This document shows positions 37,135-49,425 of a stretch of DNA of 64,000 bases, one piece after another. The translations under genes were made by a program, and so were the position numbers. Numbering within the stretch: position 1 is the stretch's first letter; the number at the start of each line of letters is the position of its first letter. This DNA comes from Mobula hypostoma (lineage: Eukaryota): the NCBI RefSeq assembly GCF_963921235.1, contig NC_086097.1, positions 253,148,001 to 253,212,000 on the forward strand. Direction: 5' to 3'. The notes under the pieces are model-generated. The model was not told where the DNA came from. It did not search any database and saw nothing but the letters and a program-made list of their open reading frames with translations.

Positions 37135-37714
37135 CATTCAAGCCCTCCATTGGTGGGGATCGACCATGGATGTCGTGTATTAGGCTGCCTACATATACGC
37201 AAGCCTGGGCAGTACAATACAGGGAGCAAGCTGTTTCCCGTACAGCAGGCTTCCCCTCTCCACACAGCTGATGAATCCAAAGGAACAGCAGAGACCGATA
37301 CAATTTGGCACCAGTGGCATCACAAGAGTTGCCAGCCAGTGTTAAAATCCATGTAGGACCGTTTTAGGGCCTTAGGGGCTCCAACTCTAGATTTTTCCTT
37401 GGGGTTTACTCTCGAAGCCTTCCCTATGAATGGGTATAGCCGCAAGACAGCGAAGGTTTGAGATCAGAAGTTCCCTTCTCCAAGATGAGCTGCTGTCAAT
37501 GGCTGACAGCCCCATCTGTCCGAAGAGACTGGTTTTAAGGCACCAGTGATCCATCTTTGTCCCATCTCCTGGCAGTAGAAACAGTTCCACCTGGTTTAGA
37601 AGCTAAGCCACACATGAAGGACAGGAGCTGGACTTGGTTGTCAGAGTGCACACCATTGGGAACATTCAATAGGAAGCAAGAGCTTATCTTCACTACACCC
37701 CAACTATGACAGCC
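37135..37714 (-). mobile_element. RTE-related non-autonomous element sharing its 3' module with the CORE-like SINE
   Basis: 37140-37320 (-) aligns with SINE 14505-14660; GGAGAAGGGAACTTCTGATCTCAAACC is an RTE-5'UTR-like motif. Confidence 0.65.
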
Positions 37715-37725
37715 TTAAAGAATCA

Positions 37726-37757
37726 CTGACGAAGGGTTCCGGCCCGAAATGTCGACC
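37726..37757 (+). ncRNA. Minimal type-I hammerhead ribozyme motif in a 122-bp Penelope-derived insert (37728-37849)
   Basis: CUGACGA-A-GGG(UUCCGG)CCC-GAAAU-GUC; insert flanked by the 13-bp direct repeat TTAAAGAATCACT at 37715-37727 and 37850-37862. Confidence 0.7.
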
Positions 37758-39589
37758 GATCTTTTCCACGGATGCTGCCCGATCTGCTGAGTTCCTCCAG
37801 CATGTTGTGAGTGTTGCTTTGACCCCAGCATCTGCAGATTATTTTGTGTTTAAAGAATCACTACTTCAATGTCATGCACAGTATAAGGACTCACAGAGTA
37901 AATGAGTTCAAAATTCAAAGTTCAAAGTAATTTATTATCAAAACAATTATACATATATATCACCATATACAACTCTGAGATTCATTTTAGACAATAAGCC
38001 ATAAGGTATGGAGCAGAATTAGGCCATTTGGCCCATTGAGTCTGCTCCGCCATTTCATCATGGCTGATCGTCCTGCCTTCTCCTCGTATTCCTTCACACC
38101 CTGACAAATCAAGAACCTCTGCCTTAAATATACCCAATGATTTGGCCTCCACAACCGCCTATGGCAATGAATTCCACAGATTCACCACCCTCTGGCTAAA
38201 GAAATTCCTCCTCACCTCTGTTTTAAAAGGACGCCACTTTTCCTGCTGCCGTACACGGTAAATCCAAAAAACATAATAGAATCAATGAAAAGCCGCACCC
38301 AACTGTACGGACAAAGAAGATAATAATAAATAAATAAGCAATAAATATCGAGAACATGAGATCCTTGAAAGTGAGTCTATAGGTTGTGAGAAAAATTGAG
38401 TGATGGGGTGAGTGAAGTTATCCCCTCTGGTTCAGGAGTCCGATGGCTGAGGGGTAATCACTGTTCCTGAACCTGGTGGTGTGGGTCTGAGGCTCCTGTA
38501 CCTTCCTCCCAATGGCAGCAGTGAGAAGAGAGCAAGGATAGCGGTGTTCCTGAACAATTCAGTGATGGGGTGAGTGAAGCTGTGAAGTTATCCCCTTGGT
38601 TCAGGAAACGAAAAGAAAATGAGATGAAATGAGAAGGGGAGAAAGTGAATGAACTGGGCATGGAATATCTCTGGTGGAGTACTAGGATGGATAAGTAGCT
38701 GGATAATAGTGTTTGGAGTCTCAGAGCAGAGGGCACAGCCTCAGAAACCTATTGAATTTTGAAAGGCCTAGACAGAGTGGATGTGGAGAGGATGTTTCCT
38801 ATAGTGGGGAGTCTAGGACCAGAGGCCACAGTCCATTTAAAACAGAGATAAGGAGGAATTTCTTTAGCCAGGGGGTGGTGAATCTGTGGAATTCATTACC
38901 ACGGATGTTGTGGAGGCCAAGACCTTGGGTACAGAAATTTGGCCTGTCCCCTAAAACCCTCACTAATTTTTATAGATGCACCGTAAAGCATTGTTCTAGG
39001 GTGCATCACAACCTGGTATGGAAGTTGTCCTGTTCAAGACCGGAAGAAGCTGCAGAAGATTGTGAACACGGCCCAGCACATCACACAAACCAATCTTCCA
39101 TCCGTGGACTCACTTTACACTGCACACTGTTGGAACAGTGTTGCCAGGATAATCAAGGACACGACCCACCCAGCCACCACAGTTTTCGTCCCTCTTCCCT
39201 TCGGAGAAGGTGCAGGAGCTTGAAGACTCATACGGCCAGATTTGGGGACAGCTTCTTTCCATCTGTGATAAGACTGCTGAACGGATCCTGACCCGGATCT
39301 GGGCCGTACCCTCCAAATATCCGGACCTGCCTCTCGGTTTTTTGTGCTACCTTACTTTCCATTTTCTATTTTCTATTTATGATTTATAATTTAAATTTTT
39401 AATATTTACTATCGATTTGTAATCCAGGGAGCATGAAGCGCAGAATCAAATATCGCTGTGATGATTGTACATTCCAGTATCAATTGTTTGGCCACAATAA
39501 AGTATAAGGAATAAGGTATATTTAAGGCAGAGGTTGATAGGTTCCTGATTAGCCGGGCCATCAAAGGCAGGAGAATGGGGTTGAGAGAG

Positions 39590-40408
39590 AGGTTCAAAGG
39601 TCCATTTATTATCAAAGTATACAACTCTAAAATTCTTCAGTTCTCCGGGTAGCCATGAAACAAAGAAAGAAAAGAAAGGCGGGATGATTGTCAAACCCCA
39701 AATCCCCACACAAAAAAAATATCAGGTGAGAAAACATAGAATATAAAAACTGTAAGATTGAAAAAAGGAGTCTATAGTTCAAGTCTATATCCAAACCACA
39801 GAAATAACCTGGCCAACACTTTGAGTCTCTCCTCTCTCCAGTACAGAGCAACCAATCAAAAGGCAAGCAGCCGACACTCACCTTCTGCACTCGCTTCGAT
39901 GCTGCAGTCTCCCTTGTCACTTTAATGGGTGAACAATGGAAGCTTTAATCAGCAAAATGGCTTGCAAATCCTGCAGCCTGCCTGCTACAAGGTTTGTGCA
40001 CGCTGCCTCTGCCTCCCAGAATCCTCTCGGAGACTGCAGAGCGCTGAAGCACCCAAACTATCTCCAAACTTCCACACTCAGCTTGATGCTTCAAATGCCC
40101 TTGTCACTCTGCTCGATGAACAAAGGAAGCTATAATCGGTGAAATGGGGTCAAACACCAGCTCACGCACCGTCCCACAGCCTTCTCACCACGAGGATCAC
40201 TCACACTGCCTCTGCCTCCCAGAATCGTCTCGGAGACTGCAGAGCACTGAAGCACCCAAACAGCAAATCACAGGCTCCAGCAGTTCCAGAGTCAAAACCA
40301 AGACCAAAAACAAATGCAGAAGACATAAAAGAAGTGAAGAAGATTGTTCTGTCATCTATCCAGAAAATGTCTACCAACAGAGCTCAGTACACAGGTGCCA
40401 TCTTGACC
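39590..40408 (-). mobile_element. Non-autonomous element with GTCAAGATGGCACC 5' end and an internal ~204-bp duplication
   Basis: Homologous to 43320-44080. Confidence 0.7.
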
Positions 40409-40699
40409 AGCGATAATAAATCAGCAATGATAGAATTACAGAGCAGACTTAATGGGCCAAATGGCCTAATTCTGCACCTCTCTTATGGTCTGAAGAGGGA
40501 ATATTCTGCTAATAGTTTCTTGTGCGATTCACTGTGACAGGTAACATTGCCAGAGAACTGGAACCTTCTCTTTCAGCCATCCACATCAGTGGCTGATGAA
40601 GAATCACACATCTGTCTATCAACAGTTGAGGATAGTGTTAAACTTGGAGATGGAGCAAGTCACAACCTTCTGGAACCATTAATCTGCCTACTCCCATCA

Positions 40700-41360
40700 T
40701 CCTGCACCCAGACCATCGCCCTCCATAACCCCTCTTATCCATGTAATTATCCAAACTTCTCTTAAACATTGCAATTGAACACACATCCACCATTTCCACT
40801 GGCAGCTCATTCCACACTCACACCACCCTCTGAGTGAAGAAGTTTCCCCTGGTGTTCCCAGTAAATATTTCACCTTTCACCCTTAACCAATGAACTCTAG
40901 TTCTAGTCTCGCCCAACCTTAGTGGAAAAAGCCTATTTGCATTTACACTAACTATACCCCTCATAATTTGTATACCTTTATCAAATCACCTCTTAATCTT
41001 ATACATTCTAGGAAATTCTTAACCTGTTCAAGTTTTCCATAAAACTCATGTCCTCCAGACCCAGCAACAGCCTTGTGATTTTTCTCTGAACTCTTTCAAC
41101 CTTATTTACATCTTTCCTGTAGGTAGATGACCAAAACTGCACACAATACTATAAATTAGGCCTCACCAATGTCTAATACAACTTCAACATAACATCCCAT
41201 CTCCTGTACTCAGTACTTTGATTTACGATAGCCAATGTGCCAGAAACTTTCTTTACAGCCCTATCTACTTGTGACACCACTTTCAATGAATTATGGACCT
41301 GTATTCCCAATCCCTTTATTCTACCACACTCCTCAGTATCCTACTGCTTACTGTGTAAAC
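40700..41360 (-). mobile_element. CR1 3' fragment
   Basis: ccaaaactgcacacaatact is the reverse complement of the YCVQFW-coding sequence. Confidence 0.85.
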
Positions 41361-42389
41361 TCTTTAAAAAATCTTTAATTAGTGGTTAGAAAAAAATTTA
41401 ACTTGTTTGGTACAACTGTGTCCAATTGTTAAGTCATTTTTTTCCCCAGGGGAAGTTTGGGAGCATGGTAACAATATGTAACTGTTGTCAATCCAGGTAT
41501 CCTTAATGCTTAGAGCAATCTGGCCAATGCATTTTAAAAACAGCTTCAAAAATTCCCTATAAAATAACTATCTACACTTTATCTCAGCAGTTAAAAAAGG
41601 AACTGTTATTGGAGAAAAGAATGCTCTACAGGAGCTGCTTTTGACTGAAGTGAAATGTCCTTGGTGTAAGAACATTTTGCTGTATTCCTGATAGTGCCAC
41701 ACAAGAGAGTTCAGTTTATATTAGCTAAGAGGGGATGCTTGACAAGGGGGATTGTGTGTCAGCGATGGGAGAAGATACGGATGGTAAAATCACTGCTTTA
41801 TAGTTACAAATGCAGCTGAGTCCTAGCAAACTATTTACAGGTGAGCTGTGTGAACAGCACGGTGACTTCTTGGCCCTTTACATTTGCAGGTTATTGCAAG
41901 TGCCATGCAGTCATAAGGCTTGGAATGCAGTTTGTACAGGAAATTCTGTGCGGAACAAAAGATACTGATTGAGTTTTCACAAAGTATTTAAGTTTCTGTT
42001 TTGCACTTTTCACCACCTGATTTTGAAGCTTTTGAATATTTGAATCCAAACATCACCTCATCAATAAAACAGTGGTCAGATAGATCGGTAACGATTGGGA
42101 CGGAAAACCTGTGTTTTTGCATCATTTCTTAGGCATACATGTCAAGCACCAGTGTTTCAGCCCATTTATCAGTTTGTCAGTGTTTTACAAGAGAATAACA
42201 GCTTTTATCACAGGAATTGAAGGTTGTCAGTCTGATTGGTTGGTGGGTAAGAGGGGAAGCCATTAGGTTCAATCAGTCTGACATTAGCCAGTTCTCTGCT
42301 GCCTGGCTGAAACGCTGGGCATCAACCCTCTCTGCTGAGCAGCAATTCTTGCAATTACAGATCCTTCATTTAAGTCTCTGTCTCCAAAT

Positions 42390-43100
42390 TATAGAACATG
42401 GAACTTAACAGCACAGGAACCGGCCCTTCAGCCCTCACCTAATGAATTAGTCATCAAACGGCCAACTAAACTAATCCCATCTGTATACACAATGTCCATA
42501 TCCTTCCATTTTCCTCACATTCATCTGCCAATCTAAATGTCGCTTAAAAGTCTCTAATGTATCTGCCTCCGTCACCATCCCAGGCATCCACCACTCTGTG
42601 TGAAAGCCTTGTCCCTCACATCTCCTTTCAAGTTACCCCCCCCCATCTTAGATGCATGCCCCCGGTATTAGACATTTCAACCTGCGAGGAAGGTATTATC
42701 TGTCCCTCATAATATTATAAACCTCTATCAAATCTCGCCGCATTTTCTGCTGCTCTGAGTTTGTCCAACCTCTCATTATAGCACATGCATTCTAATCCAG
42801 GCAGCAAAACCTCGACGTCCCCCCTGTGATAGGGCGAGCAGAGCTGTATGCAATACTCCAGATGCAGCCTAACTAGAGTTTTATAAAGCTGTAACATAAT
42901 TTCTTGCCTTTTGAACTCAGTGCCTTGACCAATAAAGGAAAGCGTGTCATATGCCTCCTTAACCACACTAACAGCCTCTGGAGCCACTTGCTACACAGAA
43001 AGTGGTGACACAGTTCATACCTCTACTGTATGAACACGCACTCCAAAATCCCTCTGCTCATCAACACCGGTAAGGGTCTCACCTTTAACAATCTAATCTC
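42390..43100 (-). mobile_element. CR1 3' fragment
   Basis: ORF 42715..42987 LQLYKTLVRLHLEYCIQL. Confidence 0.85.
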
Positions 43101-43149
43101 TTTATATTATTATATAACAGTAAATTGCTGAAGTGCCATTCAAAGAAAG

Positions 43150-45085
43150 AAATAATTCAATGTTCAAACTTCACACGAAATTTATTATTAAAGTACATAT
43201 ATGTCACCATATACAACCCTGAGATTCACGTTCTTGTGGGCATTCACAAGAGAAACACAAAAGAAACACAATAGAATCAATGAAAGACCGTACACAACAG
43301 AACAAACAACCAATGGTTAAAGCTCAAGAGTTCATTATTGAAGTATACAACTCTGAAATTCTTCTTCTCCAGATAGCAATGGAACCAATTAAAAAAAAAA
43401 GAATGGTAGTAGAATCATCAACCCCCAAATCCCTCCTCCCTGCACAAAATACAAACAAAAACAGAGCAGGCACATTAACCCCAATCCCCCTCCCCTGCAC
43501 ACAAAAATCGAGAAAGATCAGATGAAAAACACAGAATATAAAAAACTATAAGCCTGGAAAAAAGTCTATAGTCCAAGTCCATATCCAAAACACAGAAAAC
43601 CTGGGTAACATTCCCAAGCACAGCAGTAGGCCTTACTTCTCCAAAGCAGCGATCAAAAGGCAGTCTCCTCTCTTTAGCAGCAGAGCGATCCCACCAGCGA
43701 TCAAAAGGCAGAGTCCCCACTCCGATTGCAGAGTGATCCCACTAGCGATCAAAAGGTTGTCAGCCGATGCTCACCTTCTGCATTTGCCTCGAAGTTTCAA
43801 TCTCCCTGGCTGCTTTAATCAGTGAAATGGAGTCAAACATCGGCTTGCAGCCTTCTCACCACTTGGTTCACGCACATTCCCTCTGCCTCCTGGAACCCTC
43901 TCGGAGGCTGCAGAGTGCTGAAATATCCAAACTGCAAATTATAGGCTCCAAAAGTTCCAGAATCGCATTAAAAATGATAAGCAAACATAAAAGACATAAA
44001 AGAACTGAAATATATCGTTTCATGATCTGTCCAGAAGATGTTGACTGAAGGTGTGCTGTACACGGGTGCCATCTTGACAGGAAGCAATGTGCAAAAGGCA
44101 ACAACATGTGCAAATGGAAAAGGAAAATGATAAACAAATATAATTAATAAATAAGTTGATAAATAAATAAACAATAAATATCGAGAACATGAGATCAAGA
44201 GTGCTTGACAGTGAGTCTATAAATTTATTTATTTATTGAGATACAGCCCTTCGAGCCACACTACCCAGCAATGCCCTGATTTAACCCTTGCCTAATCAAA
44301 GGTTCAAAGATACATTTAATGTCAGAGAAATGTATACGTTATACATCCTGAAATTCTCTTTCTTCGCAACTATCCACAAAAACAGAGTGCCCCAAAGAAT
44401 GAATGACACTTAATTGTTAGAACCCCAAAGTCCCTCCTAGCTTCCCCCTCCCTTGCATAAGCAGCAGCAAAGTGACGAACCCTCCGCCCACTGAGAACTC
44501 AAGTGTGCAGCAAAGCATCAATAAAGACACAGACTTGCAGTACCCCAAAGACTACTCGTTCACCTGGTAGTTCGACATACCACAGACTCTCTCTCTCTCC
44601 CTAATAAGGGAAAAAGAGGTGTCCCTGTTTCACAGTGAGAGGGGAAACACAACAAACAGCTCACTGATTTTCGATGTTAAAAGTCCATTGCGTCGCTTTT
44701 TCTGACCTCTGTGCCCAACGAACTCGGGTCTCTGGGCACACAGCCAGCAGCCAGGAAGCTGCTTTCGATCTTCCATCTCCCATGACAAACCAATTTCCTG
44801 CGGAGGCACCGACCTCGATCCCTCCCGCCTCCAGAGCCACAAAATCCCAAAATTCTGAAGGCACGCTAATTTTTTAGGCCGTGTCCTTGGTATAGCGAAT
44901 AACGACTAGTCATGAGACCCTAAGAGTGGGTCCCATTCCCGCAAAGAACTGAAGTCAGCATGTAACTCCAGGTCAGGGTCTTCAAAAGAACCCTGAAAGG
45001 GAAAAATAGAGATATTGAAGATGGAAATAGAGCTGTTTTCGAAGATGCAAACAAAGGAGTCGCTGTTAGGCGCCATTGTCTCCTA
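43150..45085 (-). mobile_element. Cluster of nested non-autonomous (TTGAAC)-tailed elements plus a SINE 3' end
   Basis: Repeated ttcaaag...ttattatcaaagtatac ends at ~43160, ~43320 and ~44300; 5' ends CAAGATGGCACC (~44075) and CAATGGCGCC (~45078). Confidence 0.6.
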
Positions 45086-45479
45086 AGACGGTTAAATCTA
45101 TGTAATTTGTTGCCACAGACGGCTGTGGAGGCCAGGTCATTGGGTGTATTTAAGGCAGAGATTGATAGATTCTTCATTAGTCAGGGCATGGAAAGTTATG
45201 GGCAGAAGGCAGGAGAAGGTGGCTGAGAGGGAAATGGATCGGCTGAGAAGGAATAGCAGAGTAGACTCAATGGGCTGAATGGCCTAATTCTGCTCCAATG
45301 TCTTATGGCCTTATTGTCTTATGGATCTGTTCAGTAGTGGGGTGAGTGAAGTCAGCTGAAGTTATCTGCTTTGGTTCAAGGGCCTGATTTTTCAGGAAGA
45401 CTTTTTCTCAACAACTCCTCACAAATGTTTTACTTAAAAGATGTTTTGTTTTCATAATCCACTACACTTATTCGAGGGA

Positions 45480-47280
45480 AACAGAAAATTCTCAGGTGCT
45501 GGAAATCCAAGCAACACACACAAATTTCTAGAGGAAATCAGCAGGTCAGGCAGCATCTATGGAAAAGAGTAAACAGTGGACGATTCAGGATGAGACCCTC
45601 ATCATGTCTGGAAAAAAGATTACAAGTTAGAGCAAGGAGATGGGGGTAGGGGAGGAAGAAGAACAAGGTGGAGGTAATACTTGGAACAGGGAGAGGGAGA
45701 GGGTTGAAGGGGGAATCTGAAAGGAGAGACAGAAGCCCGTGGAAGAAAGGGCTAGGGCTTTACTCTTTGGAGAGAAGGAGGATGAGAGGAGACATGATAG
45801 AGGTATACAAGATAATAAGAGGAATAGATAGAGTGGATAGCCAGCGCCTCTTCCCCAGGACACCACTGCTCAATACAAGAGGACATGGCTTTAAGGTAAG
45901 GGGTGAGAAGTTCAAGGGGGATATTAGAGGAAGGTTTTTTACTCAGAGAGTGGTTGGTGTGTGGAATGCACTGGTGGAGGCAGTCAGTGGTGGAGGCAGA
46001 TACACTAGTGAAGTTTAAGAGACTACTAGACAGGTATATGGAGGAATCTAAGGTGGGGGCTTATATGGGAGGCAGGGTTTGAGGGTTGGCACAACATTGT
46101 GGGCTGAAGGGCCTGTACTGTGCTGTACTATTCTATGTTCTACGTCCTATTAAAGTGAAGGGGCAGGAGCACTAGAGGGAGGTGATGAGGAAGTTGGGAG
46201 ATGAGGTGAGAGGGGGAGACAGGAATGGAGGGCAATTATCAGAAGTTTGAGAAATCAATGTTCATGCCATCAGGTTGGAGGCAACTCAGATGAAATAGAA
46301 GGCTTTGCTCCTCCAGCCTGAGTGTGGCCTCATTGTGGCAGTAGAGGAGACCATAGACTGACATGAGGGAATGGGAATGGAAGTGGGTGGCCACTGAGAG
46401 ATCCCATTTTTTGCTGATGGATGGAGCACAGATGCTCGACAAAGCAGTCTGCCTATCTACTTGGATCTCCCCAACTGGAGGCCACACCGGGAGTGCTGGA
46501 CACAGTACGTGACCCCAACAGGCTCACAGGTGGAGTGTCGACTCACCTGGAGGCCTGTTTGGGGTCCTGCATGATAGTGAGGGAGGAGGTGTAGGGGCAG
46601 GTGCGGCACTTGTTCCACTTGCAAGGATAAGTGCCAGGAGGGAGACCATTGCAGAGGGATGAATGGACAAGGGAGTCACATAGGGAGCGATCCCTGTGGA
46701 AAGCAGGAAGTAAGGGGAAGGAAAAGATATGCTGGGTGGTGGGATCACTTTGGAGATGGTGGAAGTTACAAAGAATTATATGCTGGATGAGGGGGCTACT
46801 GGGGTGGTAGATGAGGAAGGAGGAACCCTACGTCTGGTAGGGTCGCAGGAGAATGGGGTGAGGGCAGATGTGCGCAAAATGGAAGAGATATGGGTGAAGT
46901 CAACATTGCTGGTGGAGGAAGGAAAGCCCCATTCTTTGAAGGGGGATGACATCTCATTAGTCCTGGAATGAAAAGTCTCATCCTGAGGGCAGTGGCGGTA
47001 AAGAAGGAAAAACTGTGAGAAGGGGACAGCATTTTTACAAGTGACAGGGTGGGAAGCAGTATGGTCCAGGTAGCTGTGAGATTCAGTGGATTTGTAAAAG
47101 ATATCAGTAGATAAACTGTCTCCCATGATAGAGACAGAGAGTTCAAGAATGGGGAAGGAGATGCCGGAAATGGACCAGGTAAATTTGAGAGCAATGGAGA
47201 CAAAGTTGAGGACGTCAACGAGCTCAGCATTGGTGCAGGGAGCAGCCCTAACGTAGTCATTGAAGTAGCGTAGGAAAAGG
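45480..47280 (-). mobile_element. Penelope-like element (RT C-half + GIY-YIG + 3' end), CR1 nested at 45749-46150
   Basis: ORF 46776..47351 FLRYFNDY...TDIFYKSTESHSYLDHTASHP..CKNAVPFSQF; ORF 46239..46487 ATLRLEEQSLLF..QPDGMN. Confidence 0.9.
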
Positions 47281-48423
47281 CAATCTTTTAGAACAGAGGT
47301 AAGGAGGCATTTTTTTCCCGTGAGTAGTGAATCTGTGGAATTCTCTGCCACCAGACTATGGTAGAGGCCAAGTCTGTGACTTGCCAGGGCATCAAAGGAT
47401 ATGGTGGGAAGGCAGGTGTTTTGGTGTGAGTGGGATCACACTCTGTGATGTTTTGTTTTCATAATCCACTACACTTATTCGAGGGAAACAGAAAATTCTC
47501 AGGTGCTGGAAATCCAAGCAACACACACAAATTTCTAGAGGAAATCAGCAGGTCAGGCAGCATCTATGGAAAAGAGTAAACAGTGGACGATTCAGGATGA
47601 GACCCTCATCATGTCTGGAAAAAAGATTACAAGTTAGAGCAAGGAGATGGGGGTAGGGGAGGAAGAAGAAGAACAAGGTGGAGTGTCTTTTGAGTTATAT
47701 AAAGAGTAAAAGGGAGCTGAGAGTTGATATTGGACCTCTGGAAAATGATGCTGGTGAGGTAGTAATGGGGGACAAAGAAATGGCAGATGAACTTAATGGG
47801 TACTTTGCATCTGTCTTCACTGTGGAAGACCCTGGCAGTGTGCCAGAGGCCTGTGAGTGCCAGGGAGCAGGAGTGAGAGCTATTGCTATTTCAAGGGAAT
47901 GCTGAAAGGTCTTAAGGTGGATCAGTCACTTGGACCAGATGCACTACATCCCAGAGTGCTGAGTGAGGTTGCAGAGGAGATAGCAGATGTATTGGTTAAT
48001 ATCTTTCAAGAATTACTTGATTACCTTTTACTGTGCCATGGTCTGTTCTTTATCAAATTACGGTATTGCTTTGCACTGTTGTAACTATATGTTATAATTA
48101 TGTGGTTTTTGTCAGTTTTTCAGTCGGTTTGTCATGTGTTTCTGTGATATCATTCTGGAGAAACATTGTATCATTTCTTAATGCATGTATTACTGAATGA
48201 CAATAAAAGAGGACTGCGCGTCTTCGTAATCTAATCTAATTATAGCATGGTCCCAGAGGACTGGAAAATTACAAATTTCACTCCACTCTTTAAGAAGGGA
48301 GGAAGACAAAAGAAAGGAAATTATTGGCCAGTTCAAGATGGAACATCAAGATGGTGCCGTGTAAGGCAGCCGTGTCGTGCACTCCGAATTGGCATTGTAG
48401 TCTTCGGCTTCTCTTTCTACATC

Positions 48424-48824
48424 TGTCATGGTTCCATTTGGCTGTTCCCCTTTAATGCTCCTTTCTCCCTGATTATGCCCTAATTTCAGTCATTAGATTT
48501 CCAATAGCTGCTGGTTTACTTAATTACAATACACCTGGTTTTCACCAGAGACTGTGAAATAAGTACGATAGCATCACCATCACAGGTTGCCAGTTTGTTG
48601 GTCTATTCTCGTGTGATACTTCGTTCTCTTGTCCAGTTAGAACCGTTAGTTCTAAGTTTAGTTCCGAGTTCAGCTCTAGTTTCAAGATAGTCCCTGTAAA
48701 TCCGGTCTCCTTGTCAAGATTCCTCCGGTTTGCTGTTCTACGTTCACGTCTACGCCAGCATCCCCAAATTAGTCGACGTGCCGGTGTCCTGCGCTTGGGT
48801 TCTCCTCAGTTGCCCCGTGCAACA
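48424..48824 (+). mobile_element. Solo LTR (401 bp)
   Basis: TGTCAT...GCAACA termini; 5-bp TSD ACATC at 48419-48423 and 48825-48829. Confidence 0.9.
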
Positions 48825-48916
48825 ACATCTTTCTGCACTTCTCTTACAAGAAGCTGAAAGTCACATCAGGTACGATCCAATGACTCTTTTGAACATCAGA
48901 AAGACGGCATTCAGTC

Positions 48917-49425
48917 ATAACATAGAAACACAGAGACATAGGAAACCTACAGCACACAGTGGTTCTTTGGCCCACAGTGCTGTGCCAAACATGTCCTTAC
49001 CTTAGAATTTACCTAGGGTTACCCATAGCCCTCCATTTTTCTAAGCTCCATGTTCCTATCCGGGAGTCTCATAAAAGACCCTATCGTATCTGCCTCCACC
49101 ACTGTCGCTGGCAGCCCATTCCACGCACTCACCACTCTCTGTGTAAAAATCTTACCCGACATCTCCTCTGTACTTACTTCCAAGCACCTTAAACCTGTGT
49201 CCTCTTGTGATAGCCATTTCAGCCCTGGGAAAAATCCTCTGACTATCCACATGATCAATGCCTCTCATCATCTTATACATCTCTATCAGGTCACCTCTCA
49301 TCCTCCGTCACCCCAAGGAGAAAAGGCCGAGTTCACTCAACCTGTTTTCATAAGGCATGCTCCCCAATCCAGGCAACATCCTTGTAAATCTCCTCTGCAG
49401 CCTTTCTATGGCTTCCACATCCTTC
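48917..49425 (-). mobile_element. CR1 3' fragment nested in the Rex1-like LINE
   Basis: ORF 49019..49258 FTQRVVSAWNGLP. Confidence 0.9.

Noticed and set aside
37590..37640. HDV-like ribozyme in the RTE-related element
   Set aside because: I could not build the P1/P2/P3/P1.1 nested pseudoknot from this copy
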